Below the pieces are notes generated by a model. The model made no database searches, was not told where the DNA came from, and saw nothing but the letters and a program-made list of their open reading frames with translations. Shown here piece by piece: positions 1 to 9,684 of a stretch of DNA of 64,000 nucleotides. The first letter of the stretch is position 1. Every line of letters begins with the position of its first letter. Made by a program: the position numbers and the translations under genes. The stretch lies in the NCBI GenBank assembly GCA_963840965.1, contig CAWJAW010000002.1, positions 328,185 through 392,184 on the forward strand, given 5' to 3'. The stretch is from an uncultured Bacteroidales bacterium. GTDB taxonomy: Bacteria; Bacteroidota; Bacteroidia; Bacteroidales; VadinHA17.

Positions 1-198
1 CTCTGAGGTCTGATCGCTCATCGCATGGACACCGCGGTGAACATTCCCGTTGTAATCGGTATAGACCTTCCTGACTTCGTCAAGAACGCAAAGAGGTTTC
101 TGAGTGGTGGCGCCATTGTCGAAGTATATCAGCGGCTTGCCATATACCTTTTTATGAAGCACCGGAAAATCTGAACGAACTACATCAATATCAATCAT
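1..198 (-). CDS. sufS: Cysteine desulfurase SufS, N-terminal 66 codons; the gene runs off the left edge of the window
   Basis: Reverse-strand translation from ATG (complement of 196-198) gives MIDIDVVRSDFPVLHKKVYGKPLIYFDNGATTQKPLCVLDEVRKVYTDYNGNVHRGVHAMSDQTSE, a typical SufS/CsdA N-terminus. It lies directly downstream of sufD. It is absent from the ORF track because the edge truncates it. Confidence 0.8.
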   Translation of the reverse strand, partial: MIDIDVVRSDFPVLHKKVYGKPLIYFDNGATTQKPLCVLDEVRKVYTDYNGNVHRGVHAMSDQTSE

Positions 199-211
199 CC
201 CGTTTCAGTAA

Positions 212-1570
212 TTACACGCATTTCACCATACAGCTCGCGCATTGCGACAATTCTCCCTTAAGCCTCTGCATAACCAGTCCGTCGAGTCTTTCCTGGAGAG
301 CTTCGACCTTAATGTTCTGGATAACCTCATGGGCAAACCCGAACATCAGCATCAATAGTGCCTGACGCTTGTCGATGCCCCTCGACTGCAGATAAAACAG
401 TGCATTATTGTCGAGCTGCCCGACAGTGGCTCCGTGACTGCATTTCACATCATCGGCATAGATCTCGAGCTGAGGCTTTGTATCCATCCTGGCCTCGTCG
501 GTAAGCAGTATGTTGTTGTTCTTCTGATAGGCAATTGTACCCTGGGCATCCGGGGCAACATAGATCCTGCCGTTGAATGCACCTGTAGATACGTCATCAA
601 GAACCCCTTTGAAGAGCTGGTTGCTGTGGCAATTGGGTGATGCATGATCCACATTGACAAAGTTGTCGACATGCTGCCATTTATCAGCAAGAAAAAGACC
701 GAATGAGTTGCATTCCCCACCTTCGCCTTCAAGCCGGTGATAGGTATTGTTCCTGACCAGCCCTCCGTGAAGGGTGATTATACTTGATGTCGCATGACTG
801 TTCCTTTCCTGGTGAATAAAAGTGTGAGTTATCTTACAGGCATTGTTGTGCTCATTCTGAACCCTTATCAGATCGAAAGAAGAGTTCTCCCCTGCATAAA
901 TCTCTGAGACAGCATTGGTAAGAAACCTTTGTGGTGATAATGTATGATCGCATATAATTACCGCACAACGAGCATTCTCTTCAACTATAATCAGGTTCCT
1001 GTGCTGATTGAACGTGTCCTGGTCCGAATCGACCAGATTAACTACCTGTACCGGCTTCCCGGGGACGGCACCCCTGGGGACATATATAAAAACACCATCC
1101 GAAACCATTGCCGTATTCAGGTGAATAAGCCCGTCGGAATCGTTCTTCGCATATTTGCCGTAGTGCTTCTCCAGAAGATCCGGATATTTTCTTGCTGCTT
1201 CATTAAGGCTTCCGATAATGATTCCTCCTGGCAACTCCCTGAGTTTACCGTTTAAGGTCGGATAAAAACCATTCATCAGAACAATGCCATGTGCGTCCAG
1301 ATCGGTCACATCGCACCGGAAATCCTCGGCTTTCTGAAAATGGGATTCATCGGGAATATAATAGCTCTGATAATCATGCCTGAACCAGGTCTCCAGGTTG
1401 GTATACTTGTAGGACTCCATTTTTTTGGTCGGCACCCCCAGAAGGTTAAATTTCTCAAAAGCTTCTTTCCTGAAAGAATTGAGAAACGGCGTCGACCCTT
1501 CCTCTATCCTGCCAATGTTTTCAGAATAAAGCTTTGAAAAAAACTCCGATACCTCTGATTTTCCGTTCAT
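212..1570 (-). CDS. sufD: Fe-S cluster assembly protein SufD
   Basis: ORF 212..1624. The C-terminal region KPQLEIYADDVKCSHGATVGQLDNNALFYLQSRGI is typical of SufB/SufD. I place the start at ATG 1570 (MNGKSEV...), 1 nt after the sufC stop; the 18 upstream codons overlap sufC. Gene order is sufB-sufC-sufD-sufS. Confidence 0.9.
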   Translation of the reverse strand: MNGKSEVSEFFSKLYSENIGRIEEGSTPFLNSFRKEAFEKFNLLGVPTKKMESYKYTNLETWFRHDYQSYYIPDESHFQKAEDFRCDVTDLDAHGIVLMNGFYPTLNGKLRELPGGIIIGSLNEAARKYPDLLEKHYGKYAKNDSDGLIHLNTAMVSDGVFIYVPRGAVPGKPVQVVNLVDSDQDTFNQHRNLIIVEENARCAVIICDHTLSPQRFLTNAVSEIYAGENSSFDLIRVQNEHNNACKITHTFIHQERNSHATSSIITLHGGLVRNNTYHRLEGEGGECNSFGLFLADKWQHVDNFVNVDHASPNCHSNQLFKGVLDDVSTGAFNGRIYVAPDAQGTIAYQKNNNILLTDEARMDTKPQLEIYADDVKCSHGATVGQLDNNALFYLQSRGIDKRQALLMLMFGFAHEVIQNIKVEALQERLDGLVMQRLKGELSQCASCMVKCV

Positions 1571-1571
1571 G

Positions 1572-2330
1572 TCAATTCTGATTTTCAACCTCTTTCTTGA
1601 TCCAGTCGTAGCCTTTCTCCTCAAGTTCCAGTGCCAGTTCCTTTCCGGCCGTTTTCACTATCCGCCCGTCGTACAGAACATGCACCACATCAGGAACAAT
1701 GTAATCGAGGAGCCTCTGGTAATGTGTGATCACTATCGTAGAATTATCCGGCCTCTTGAGCCTGATTACTCCATTCGCCACAATCCTTAGTGCATCGATG
1801 TCAAGGCCCGAATCAGTTTCATCAAGAATCGCCAGCCGTGGTTCGAGCATAGCCATCTGGAAAATTTCATTCTTCTTTTTCTCCCCGCCCGAGAATCCTT
1901 CGTTTACGGAGCGGTTCGCCAGCTTTGAATCAATTTCGACCAGTTCCTTCTTTTCCCTCATCAGTTTAAGAAAATCGGAGGCGGAGAGAGGTCCAAGACC
2001 CTTGTGCTTCCGGTGCTCATTAACCGCAGTCTTCATGAAATTTACCATGCTGACTCCGGGTATCTCAATAGGATACTGAAACCCGAGGAAGATTCCTTCC
2101 TTCGACCGGTCCTCCGGGGCCATCTGCAAAAGATCCTTTCCAAGATATGTAACTGATCCCCCTCTGATCTCAACCATATCCCTGCCTGCCAGAACAGCAG
2201 CCAGTGTACTCTTTCCCGATCCGTTGGGACCCATTATTGCATGTATCTCACCGGCCTTGACCTCAAGGCTTATTCCTTTCAGGATCATCTTCCCGTTTAT
2301 GCCGGCTTCCAGGTTTTTTATACTAAGCAT
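1572..2330 (-). CDS. sufC: Fe-S cluster assembly ATPase SufC
   Basis: Walker A GPNGSGKST, signature FSGGEKKK, Walker B AILDETDSGLD, H-loop ITHY. 252 aa, between sufB and sufD. Confidence 0.95.
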   Translation of the reverse strand: MLSIKNLEAGINGKMILKGISLEVKAGEIHAIMGPNGSGKSTLAAVLAGRDMVEIRGGSVTYLGKDLLQMAPEDRSKEGIFLGFQYPIEIPGVSMVNFMKTAVNEHRKHKGLGPLSASDFLKLMREKKELVEIDSKLANRSVNEGFSGGEKKKNEIFQMAMLEPRLAILDETDSGLDIDALRIVANGVIRLKRPDNSTIVITHYQRLLDYIVPDVVHVLYDGRIVKTAGKELALELEEKGYDWIKKEVENQN

Positions 2331-2357
2331 GTCAGAATATAATCATTAAATATTGAA

Positions 2358-3806
2358 CTAACCTACACTGCCTTCCAGACTAATCTGAAGGAGTTTCTGG
2401 GCCTCAACTGCAAACTCCATCGGAAGCTTGTTTATCACTTCCCTGGCATAGCCGTTCACTATAAGGCCGATTGCATCCTCTGTCGAGATGCCTCGCTGAT
2501 TGCAGTAAAATATCTGGTCCTCCCCTATCTTAGATGTTGTTGCTTCGTGCTCAACGATAGCACTCTGATTGTCGATTTCAAGGTAAGGAAATGTATGGGC
2601 ACCGCACTTGTCGCCAAGAAGCAGTGAATCACACTGTGAAAAATTGCGGGCATTGGAGGCATTCTTCAGTACCTTCACAAGGCCCCTGTAACTGTTCTGC
2701 CCGTATCCGGCCGATATTCCCTTCGATACGATGGTGCTCTTTGTGTTCTTCCCGATATGGATCATCTTTGTGCCGGTATCAGCCTGCTGATGATTGTTTG
2801 TAACGGCTACCGAATAAAACTCTCCCGTGGAATTATCTCCCCTGAGGATACATGAAGGGTATTTCCAGGTTATCGCCGATCCGGTCTCAACCTGCGTCCA
2901 TGATATTTTTGAATTATCCCCCCTGCATATACCTCTTTTGGTGACAAAATTAAATATCCCTCCCCTTCCTTCCTTGTCGCCCGGGTACCAGTTCTGAACA
3001 GTCGAATACTTCACCTCGGCATTTTTCTCAACAATTATTTCCACAATCGCAGCATGAAGCTGATTCTCATCCCTCATCGGTGCGGTGCAGCCTTCGAGAT
3101 AGCTCACATAGCTTTCCTCATCGGCTACAAGAAGTGTCCGCTCAAACTGGCCTGTATTGGCTGCATTGATCCTGAAATAGGTCGACAGCTCCATCGGGCA
3201 CCGGACTCCCTTTGGAATATAACAGAAGGAACCATCGCTGAACACAGCCGAATTAAGCGACGCAAAATAATTATCAGTATAAGGCACAACCGTTCCCATA
3301 TACCTTCTTACAAGATCGGGATATTCCCTTACGGCTTCACTGAATGAACAGAAAATAATCCCCATTTCCGCCAGCGTCTCCCTGAAGGTGGTCTTTACTG
3401 AAACACTGTCCATAACCGCATCAACTGCCACGCCCGAAAGATGCTTTTGTTCCTCAAGCGGGATCCCGAGCTTGTCGAATGTCCTCTTCAGTTCAGGGTC
3501 TATGTCTTCAAGGCTCTCAAGGGCCGGTCGCTGCTTTGGGGCGGCATAATATATTATCTCCTGAAAATCAATTTGCGGAATCTTAAGGTTCGCCCAGCCC
3601 GGCATCTTCCTGGTCAGCCAGTGCCGGAACGACTTAAGACGGAACTCCAGAAGCCATTCAGGCTCACCCTTTTTCTCCGATATAAGGCGTACTACATCCT
3701 CATTCAAACCCTTTGGTATCTTCTCCGTTTCGATGTCGGTAAAGAAGCCGTATTTGTATTCTCCTGACGTGATATCATTAATTATATCATCCTGGTCTTT
3801 TTCCAT
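2358..3806 (-). CDS. sufB: Fe-S cluster assembly scaffold SufB
   Basis: 482 aa with SufB-typical segments [58 protein letters not shown] and FYCNQRGIS. First gene of the suf operon. Confidence 0.95.
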   Translation of the reverse strand: MEKDQDDIINDITSGEYKYGFFTDIETEKIPKGLNEDVVRLISEKKGEPEWLLEFRLKSFRHWLTRKMPGWANLKIPQIDFQEIIYYAAPKQRPALESLEDIDPELKRTFDKLGIPLEEQKHLSGVAVDAVMDSVSVKTTFRETLAEMGIIFCSFSEAVREYPDLVRRYMGTVVPYTDNYFASLNSAVFSDGSFCYIPKGVRCPMELSTYFRINAANTGQFERTLLVADEESYVSYLEGCTAPMRDENQLHAAIVEIIVEKNAEVKYSTVQNWYPGDKEGRGGIFNFVTKRGICRGDNSKISWTQVETGSAITWKYPSCILRGDNSTGEFYSVAVTNNHQQADTGTKMIHIGKNTKSTIVSKGISAGYGQNSYRGLVKVLKNASNARNFSQCDSLLLGDKCGAHTFPYLEIDNQSAIVEHEATTSKIGEDQIFYCNQRGISTEDAIGLIVNGYAREVINKLPMEFAVEAQKLLQISLEGSVG

Positions 3807-3948
3807 ACAACCGTATAATGCAATTTAATCTCTCATGTTTAACATCGTGAAATGGGAATTGTTAATACTATTACTACATTTCTTTCCCCTCTGAATGCAA
3901 ATATAAACGCCCTCTGGCAACAAAATGAATTCTGTTTGACCTCTTTAT

Positions 3949-3991
3949 CCTTCCCTCTTGGGGGAATCCCGATAGCTATCGGGAGGGAAGG
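3949..3991. promoter_or_regulatory. Perfect 18-bp palindrome TCCCGATAGCTATCGGGA (3967-3984) flanked by CCTTCCC/GGGAAGG arms, in the suf / antiporter divergent intergenic region
   Basis: Read directly from the sequence. It lies about 160 bp upstream of the sufB start. It could be an operator or a hairpin repeat; no family is assigned. Confidence 0.25.
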
Positions 3992-4163
3992 GGGTATAAA
4001 CAATAAAAGTCGACAATCCCTTACATCCTTGCAGTCAGTCATTTTTTTTAACTGTTCTGATCCGTCAAATTCAAATGTCTTCCTTAAATATAATTAATCT
4101 AAATAAGGATGCAAAATTATGAAAAATTAAGGACTTCAGGATAAAATACAATCCAAAATATTC

Positions 4164-4175
4164 GGAACCGGTTCC
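4164..4175. promoter_or_regulatory. Perfect 12-bp palindrome GGAACCGGTTCC upstream of the first antiporter gene
   Basis: Read directly from the sequence. It is flanked by the 12-bp direct repeat ATCCAAAATATT (4151-4162, 4219-4230) and the 9-bp inverted repeat TAAGGATGC/GCATCCTTA (4104-4112, 4240-4248). Confidence 0.25.
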
Positions 4176-4280
4176 TTGATGAAAATCATTAAAAGTATTT
4201 CTGTTGAAGAAACACGTGATCCAAAATATTTATAATTTGGCATCCTTAATTTTCTCAGGTGTTCCCTTAACTCTCCCGAT

Positions 4281-5687
4281 ATGTTGAAAAAAATCTTCAT
4301 GAATGCCGGCATGAAAAGGATCTCCCTTTTCATCTTTGGATTGCTTGTACCGTCTGTGCTGCTTGCATCAGGCGGCAACCACTATTCAATCGGGCCCGTC
4401 AGGCTCGAATTCATATTCTTTGGTATGATACTGCTCGGGGTGGCCCTGTTCCACAAGCATACCTTCTGGGTTGCCCTGACCGGACTTGCCGTTCTTATGA
4501 CCTTCAAGCTTGTAATCGACCCGGAATTCCATTTCATGGAGCACTTCTTCGGAACAACACCCATGGCAGAACAATTTCTGGACAAGGAACTGAGGCAGGG
4601 TGAATGGGGAATCATCCTTAATCTGCTTGGATTGCTGCTTGGATTTGCAGTGCTTTCAAAAATATTCGAGGAATCGGGAGTTCCGGATATGCTTCCAAAA
4701 TACCTTCCCAACGATTGGAAGGGTCCGTTTCTCCTGCTGGTTTTTGTTTTCATCCTTTCATCATTCCTCGACAATATTGCAGCTGCTCTCATCGGAGGCA
4801 CAGTAGCTCTGGTTGTCTTTAAAAACAAGGTACACATCGGCTATATTGCGGCATTGGTAGCCGCCAGCAATGCAGGAGGCTCAGGAAGTGTCGTAGGCGA
4901 CACAACCACTACCATGATGTGGATCGACGGAGTTTCTGCATCCAATGTTATCCATGCCTATGTCGCTGCCTTTGTTGCCCTTCTGTTCTTCGCCTGGTTC
5001 GGAGCTCACCAGCAGGACAAATATCAGAAGATCCAGAGCAACCCCAGTCCCAATGTAAAAATAGACTGGGTAAAACTTTTCAATGTGGCACTTATCCTCG
5101 CCGGAGCAATAATTTCAAATATTGTATACGACATGCCGGCCCTCGGCGTCTGGATAGCGATCATCATAGGGGCATTCATACGAAGGGCCCCATGGAAGGA
5201 GGTCCCTGGTTCGCTCAAGGGAACCATCTTCCTTCTCTGCCTCGTTACCTGCGCATCCCTGATGCCTGTTGAGGAACTTCCCGACGCATCATGGGTAACG
5301 GCATTTTCCCTCGGATTTCTGTCCGCAGTCTTCGATAATATTCCTCTCACAAAACTGTGTCTCGACCAGGGACATTATGACTGGGGAATGCTGGCCTACT
5401 CCGTAGGTTTCGGTGGATCAATGATCTGGTTCGGCTCATCGGCCGGGGTGGCAATCACCAACAAATTTCCCGAGGGAAGGAATGTGGTGCTCTGGATCAA
5501 AAATGGCTGGCATGTCGCCGTAGCCTACGTGATTGGGTTTTTTGCCCTTTTCCTGATAATGAGATGGGAACCTGCTGATAATAAAGAACATAAAATCATC
5601 AACTGTCCGGTGCCGGGATGTCCGATGGCGGACCAGCCAACAGCGGAATTACACACTGTGTCGTACACCGAGCTTGTAAAAGATTGA
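4281..5687 (+). CDS. NhaD/ArsB-type (ion transporter superfamily) Na+/H+ antiporter-like membrane protein, paralogue 1
   Basis: 468 aa and polytopic. Motifs SSFLDNIAAALIGGT and SAVFDNIPLTKLCLDQG resemble NhaD/ArsB permeases. The start could alternatively be ATG 4311 (MKRISLF). C-terminal tail is EHKIINCPVPGCPMA. Confidence 0.75.
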   Translation: MLKKIFMNAGMKRISLFIFGLLVPSVLLASGGNHYSIGPVRLEFIFFGMILLGVALFHKHTFWVALTGLAVLMTFKLVIDPEFHFMEHFFGTTPMAEQFLDKELRQGEWGIILNLLGLLLGFAVLSKIFEESGVPDMLPKYLPNDWKGPFLLLVFVFILSSFLDNIAAALIGGTVALVVFKNKVHIGYIAALVAASNAGGSGSVVGDTTTTMMWIDGVSASNVIHAYVAAFVALLFFAWFGAHQQDKYQKIQSNPSPNVKIDWVKLFNVALILAGAIISNIVYDMPALGVWIAIIIGAFIRRAPWKEVPGSLKGTIFLLCLVTCASLMPVEELPDASWVTAFSLGFLSAVFDNIPLTKLCLDQGHYDWGMLAYSVGFGGSMIWFGSSAGVAITNKFPEGRNVVLWIKNGWHVAVAYVIGFFALFLIMRWEPADNKEHKIINCPVPGCPMADQPTAELHTVSYTELVKD

Positions 5688-5705
5688 AATATATTAATAT
5701 TTGTT

Positions 5706-5713
5706 TATTTTTG
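5706..5713 (+). promoter_or_regulatory. Candidate Bacteroidota -7 promoter box TATTTTTG for antiporter paralogue 2
   Basis: Exact TAnnTTTG match, 40 nt upstream of ATG 5753, in the 65-bp gap between the paralogues. Confidence 0.3.
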
Positions 5714-5752
5714 TCGCCTTGAAAATCCCACTATTTAATAAACAAATTATAC

Positions 5753-7174
5753 ATGGCCTTTGGTAAATTCAAACTTCAAAATCCTTTTGTCAAAAAGGTC
5801 CTTATATTCTTTCTGTTTTCGATAATTCCGCTGATGACATTTGCCTCATCAGGCAATGTGCCCTCCATAGGGCCGATCAGGCTTGAATTTATTCTGTTTG
5901 GTCTTGTGCTTCTCGGTGTTGCCATGTTTCATAAACATACTTTCTGGGTGGCGGTCACCGGACTGACGGTTATCCTGACATTCAAGCTGATCTTTGATCC
6001 CGGATTTCATTTCATGGAACATATGTTCGGAGAACTGCCCCTGAGTGAACAGTTTCTCGACAAGGAAATGCGTCAGGGAGAATGGGGAATTATCCTTAAC
6101 CTCCTTGGACTGCTGCTTGGCTTTGCCATCCTGTCGAAAATATTCGAGGAATCAAAAGTCCCGGAAATTCTTCCGAATTATCTTCCTGATGACTGGAAAG
6201 GCCCTTTTCTGCTTCTGATATTTGTATTCATCATGTCGGCTTTCCTCGATAATATTGCAGCCGCTCTTATCGGCGGGACGATTGCCCTTGTTGTATTCAA
6301 GAACAGGGTACACATAGGATACCTCGCAGCCATTGTCGCTGCGAGCAATGCCGGAGGAGCAGGAAGCGTTGTGGGTGACACCACCACCACAATGATGTGG
6401 ATCGACGGGGTCAGTGCCTTCGACGTTCTCCATGCTTTTATTGCCGCAATTTTCGCCTTTGCCTTCTTCGCATGGTTCGGTTCGCACCAGCAGCATAAAT
6501 ACCAGGTGATCCAGAAGGACGCCAGAACCGGAGTAAGAATCGACTGGCTAAGGATACTTGTGGTCGCCATGATACTTGTCGGAGCAATCCTTTCAAATAT
6601 CCTTTACGATATGCCCGCTCTTGGAGTCTGGATCGCTCTCGTACTGGGAGCATTTATTATAAAGATTCCGTGGAAAGAGGTTCCCGGCTCAATACTCGGT
6701 ACCATTTTCCTGCTCTGCCTGGTAATGTGTGCCTCAATGATGCCGGTGGAAGAACTTCCCAATGCAAGCTATGGAACTGCATTCGCCCTCGGATTTCTCT
6801 CTTCGGTCTTTGATAATATCCCGCTCACAAAGCTGTGCCTCGACCAGGGACACTATGACTGGGGGATTCTTGCCTTTGCAGTTGGTTTCGGCGGATCAAT
6901 GGTGTGGTTCGGATCATCGGCAGGCGTTGCCCTGACAAATAAATTTCCCGAAGGCCGCGATGTTGTAAAGTGGATAAAAAACGGCTGGCATATTCCGATT
7001 GCCTATGTGATAGGGTTCTTTGGCCTTTACCTCATTATGGGATGGCATCCCACCGATAACAAGGAACATAAAATCATTAACTGCCCTGTCCCGGGATGCC
7101 CGATGGCAAATCATACAGAGGCCTTGCTGCCGCCCGGAACTGTCGGTTACCATGATTTATTAATGCAGGAATAG
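5753..7174 (+). CDS. NhaD/ArsB-type Na+/H+ antiporter-like membrane protein, paralogue 2
   Basis: 473 aa and collinear with the upstream gene over the full length (for example HKHTFWVA.TGL, QGEWGIILNLLGLLLGFA, GDTTTTMMWIDGVSA, EHKIINCPVPGCPMA). This is a tandem duplication. Confidence 0.75.
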   Translation: MAFGKFKLQNPFVKKVLIFFLFSIIPLMTFASSGNVPSIGPIRLEFILFGLVLLGVAMFHKHTFWVAVTGLTVILTFKLIFDPGFHFMEHMFGELPLSEQFLDKEMRQGEWGIILNLLGLLLGFAILSKIFEESKVPEILPNYLPDDWKGPFLLLIFVFIMSAFLDNIAAALIGGTIALVVFKNRVHIGYLAAIVAASNAGGAGSVVGDTTTTMMWIDGVSAFDVLHAFIAAIFAFAFFAWFGSHQQHKYQVIQKDARTGVRIDWLRILVVAMILVGAILSNILYDMPALGVWIALVLGAFIIKIPWKEVPGSILGTIFLLCLVMCASMMPVEELPNASYGTAFALGFLSSVFDNIPLTKLCLDQGHYDWGILAFAVGFGGSMVWFGSSAGVALTNKFPEGRDVVKWIKNGWHIPIAYVIGFFGLYLIMGWHPTDNKEHKIINCPVPGCPMANHTEALLPPGTVGYHDLLMQE

Positions 7175-7509
7175 ACTGCACCTTCACGAAGTAAGCCAAT
7201 ATTAAAATCATATTAAGGCAGCAATTATCGGTATGCCGGTAATAACGGGGATAAACATATACATTCCTGAGCTTGCCTGTCCAGGTTATGATGAAATATT
7301 CGTGATCAAAAACTTTGGCTGACAACAGTGAAAACTCCCATCTCTGACAGAAAAATCATTTTAAGGAATACCGGCTTGGAATATATTTAATTAAGAATTA
7401 TTTTTAAATCCATAATGATATTCCCGGGATACCAGGCAATTTCTATATTTCCGCTGTTATTTTACCGGTTATTTATAATAGTCTGTTCATCACCTTATTA
7501 ATAAATTAA

Positions 7510-9306
7510 ATGAGGTATTATATTGTTATTTCCATATTGTGTGTTTTACTAACAAACCAGGTTAATGCCAGGAATAAGGACAATGATCAGGTTGCTGACA
7601 CAGCTGTCATTAATAGCAGGACACGGCAGGCATACACCATTGCCAGAAGTAAACCCGATCTTGCAATAAGGGAAGCACAGAGGTCATTATCAGATTCACG
7701 TGAGATTATGTACAACAAAGGGATTGCTGATGCCTGTCTTGCTCTGGGTCTGGCTTATTTTGCCAGGTTTGATGCCAGCGACAGTGCTGCTTATTACAAT
7801 TACCAGGCTCTAGACTTTTATAATGAGGCCGGCGATATTTATGGTAAAGCACGGGCATATTACTGTCTTGCCTATGTATTCAGCCTTAAAGGTATGCTTG
7901 ACGAATCGGAAAGATATAGCAGGCTGAGCCTGGAAAATTTTGAAGAATCAGGTGATAAGAAAGGTATGATTAATTCGCTCAATGCCCTGATCTATCTGAC
8001 AAGACAGAAGAGTGATTTCGAGGGAGCGCTTGAAATGACAGACAGGGTAATTAAAACAGCCCGGTCAATAAAGGATACTGTTTCTCTTGCAGATGCTCTT
8101 AATACTTTGGGGAATCTATATAAAGATAAATTATTGTTCCACAAGGCAATTCAGTCGTATTTTGAAGCCATGAAACTATGGGAGCGTAAAAATGACTCAG
8201 GCGGACTGGCTATCGCTTATGGCTCAATAGGCCTCATGTATTACTATCAGAAAGAATATGACAAAGCATTAGAGTATAATTTCAGGAAAGTGCCGATATC
8301 GGAACGAAAAGGCGATCTGTGGGAACTGAGCAAGACGCTGAACAATATATCTCAGATTTATGCTGCAAGGAACCAGCATGATAGTTCAATTTTTTACCTT
8401 AGAAAAAGTCTGTACCTGAATGAAAAAATGAACTACCCATCAGGAGTCGCTTCTGCCTGTCATATCATTGCAACAACATTTTTATTAAAAGATGAGCTCG
8501 ACTCGGCAAATTATTATAATTCCAGATCCGTAAGCATTGCAAGAAGGATAAATGATTCCGAATTGCCGTCATATCTTACAACCCTCGGACATATTCAGAA
8601 AAAGAGGAAGAATTATGATGAAGCACTGCAGAACGCCAAAAATGCCTATAAAATGTCTGTGGACCAGAATGTTCCTCTAAAGATTTCTGTTGCAGCAGGA
8701 CTTATCAGTGATATCTACAGTGAAACAGGAAGAAAAGACCTCGCTTTTGACTATCTGAAAGAATATTATACTATCAATGAGCAAATAAACCAGGCTGAAT
8801 CTAAAAAGCAACTTGCAGAACTTCTTACCCGCTACGAAACCGAGAAGAAAGAACAACAGATCAAAATACTTGAACAGGCTAACTTATTGAATAAAAACAG
8901 GATCCGTCTCCAGTTATTGATCATAGGGATAATGGTGTTAATTGGCTTAATACTAATAGCATCAAGCTGGCTGTGGATAAGAAACAAGAATCAGGAGCTA
9001 CGGCGAATGAATGAACAATTGCATTTCTTTATTATCAAGCAGGAGCAACAGGATAAAACCACCGAACAAGAAGAATCTGCTCCTGAGCCTGGTGAAATGT
9101 ATAAAAAATGGGGACTTACCGGTAGGGAAAGTGAAATTTTATACTATCTGGGTATCGGCTGTTCAAATACTACCATAGCTGAAAAACTATTTATATCGGA
9201 AAACACTGTCAAATTTCACATTAAGAATATCTATCTCAAACTTGATGTAAAAAACCGTATCCAGGCGCTTCTAAGATGCAGAAATGATGAGCCTCTGGGT
9301 GTCTGA
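7510..9306 (+). CDS. Membrane-anchored TPR-repeat sensor fused to a LuxR/GerE-type HTH (one-component regulator)
   Basis: N-terminal signal-like segment, then repeated TPR-like units (ALNTLGNLYKDKLLFHKAIQSYFEAMKLWE and others). A coiled coil is followed by one TM helix (LQLLIIGIMVLIGLILIASSWLWI). C-terminal HTH is LTGRESEILYYLGIGCSNTTIAEKLFISENTVKFHIKNIYLKLDVKNR. Confidence 0.8.
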   Translation: MRYYIVISILCVLLTNQVNARNKDNDQVADTAVINSRTRQAYTIARSKPDLAIREAQRSLSDSREIMYNKGIADACLALGLAYFARFDASDSAAYYNYQALDFYNEAGDIYGKARAYYCLAYVFSLKGMLDESERYSRLSLENFEESGDKKGMINSLNALIYLTRQKSDFEGALEMTDRVIKTARSIKDTVSLADALNTLGNLYKDKLLFHKAIQSYFEAMKLWERKNDSGGLAIAYGSIGLMYYYQKEYDKALEYNFRKVPISERKGDLWELSKTLNNISQIYAARNQHDSSIFYLRKSLYLNEKMNYPSGVASACHIIATTFLLKDELDSANYYNSRSVSIARRINDSELPSYLTTLGHIQKKRKNYDEALQNAKNAYKMSVDQNVPLKISVAAGLISDIYSETGRKDLAFDYLKEYYTINEQINQAESKKQLAELLTRYETEKKEQQIKILEQANLLNKNRIRLQLLIIGIMVLIGLILIASSWLWIRNKNQELRRMNEQLHFFIIKQEQQDKTTEQEESAPEPGEMYKKWGLTGRESEILYYLGIGCSNTTIAEKLFISENTVKFHIKNIYLKLDVKNRIQALLRCRNDEPLGV

Positions 9307-9470
9307 ACTCTTTTCAGGTGCCTCGATTACAATTATCTGATCACAGCACCTTCTCTCTTTTATAATTTTTTGGTCTCACATTTTTTCAGGTTTTAGTCAA
9401 AACTACCCAATGGGGTAGGACGCTGCATTTGCATATTGTTGAAATTTATCTGTAAAAAGAAGTCTTCCAG

Positions 9471-9680
9471 ATGAAAAATCAGCCGGTCATAACATCATCT
9501 GATGAAAAAATACTTCTTCTGATGAAAGGGGGTCTTACCAATAACAGCATTGCTAATGTGCTTGGGAAATCACCCAATACAGTAAAGTACCATTTGAAAA
9601 AGATTTATAAAAAGCTTGGAGCCAGAAATAAAATTGAGGCAATTAATAAATACAGTGAACTAATACAAACTAAACGATGA
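9471..9680 (+). CDS. Stand-alone LuxR/GerE-family HTH protein (69 aa)
   Basis: SSDEKILLLMKGGLTNNSIANVLGKSPNTVKYHLKKIYKKLGARNKIEA matches the LuxR C-terminal effector domain. It has no receiver or sensor domain. Its stop is 4 nt before the next gene. Confidence 0.75.
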   Translation: MKNQPVITSSDEKILLLMKGGLTNNSIANVLGKSPNTVKYHLKKIYKKLGARNKIEAINKYSELIQTKR

Positions 9681-9684
9681 GATC

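Noticed and set aside
3839-4097. ORFs 3839..4042 (-) and 3852..4097 (+) in the suf/antiporter intergenic region
   Set aside because: They overlap each other on opposite strands and span the palindrome and G/C-run sequence. Their composition is odd (LSFPLGGIPIAIGREGG). They are most likely non-coding.
9316-9351. Possible terminator after the TPR-LuxR gene (AGGTGC...GCACCT)
   Set aside because: The stem is only 6 bp with a 24-nt loop. The T-rich tract is interrupted. This is too weak to annotate.
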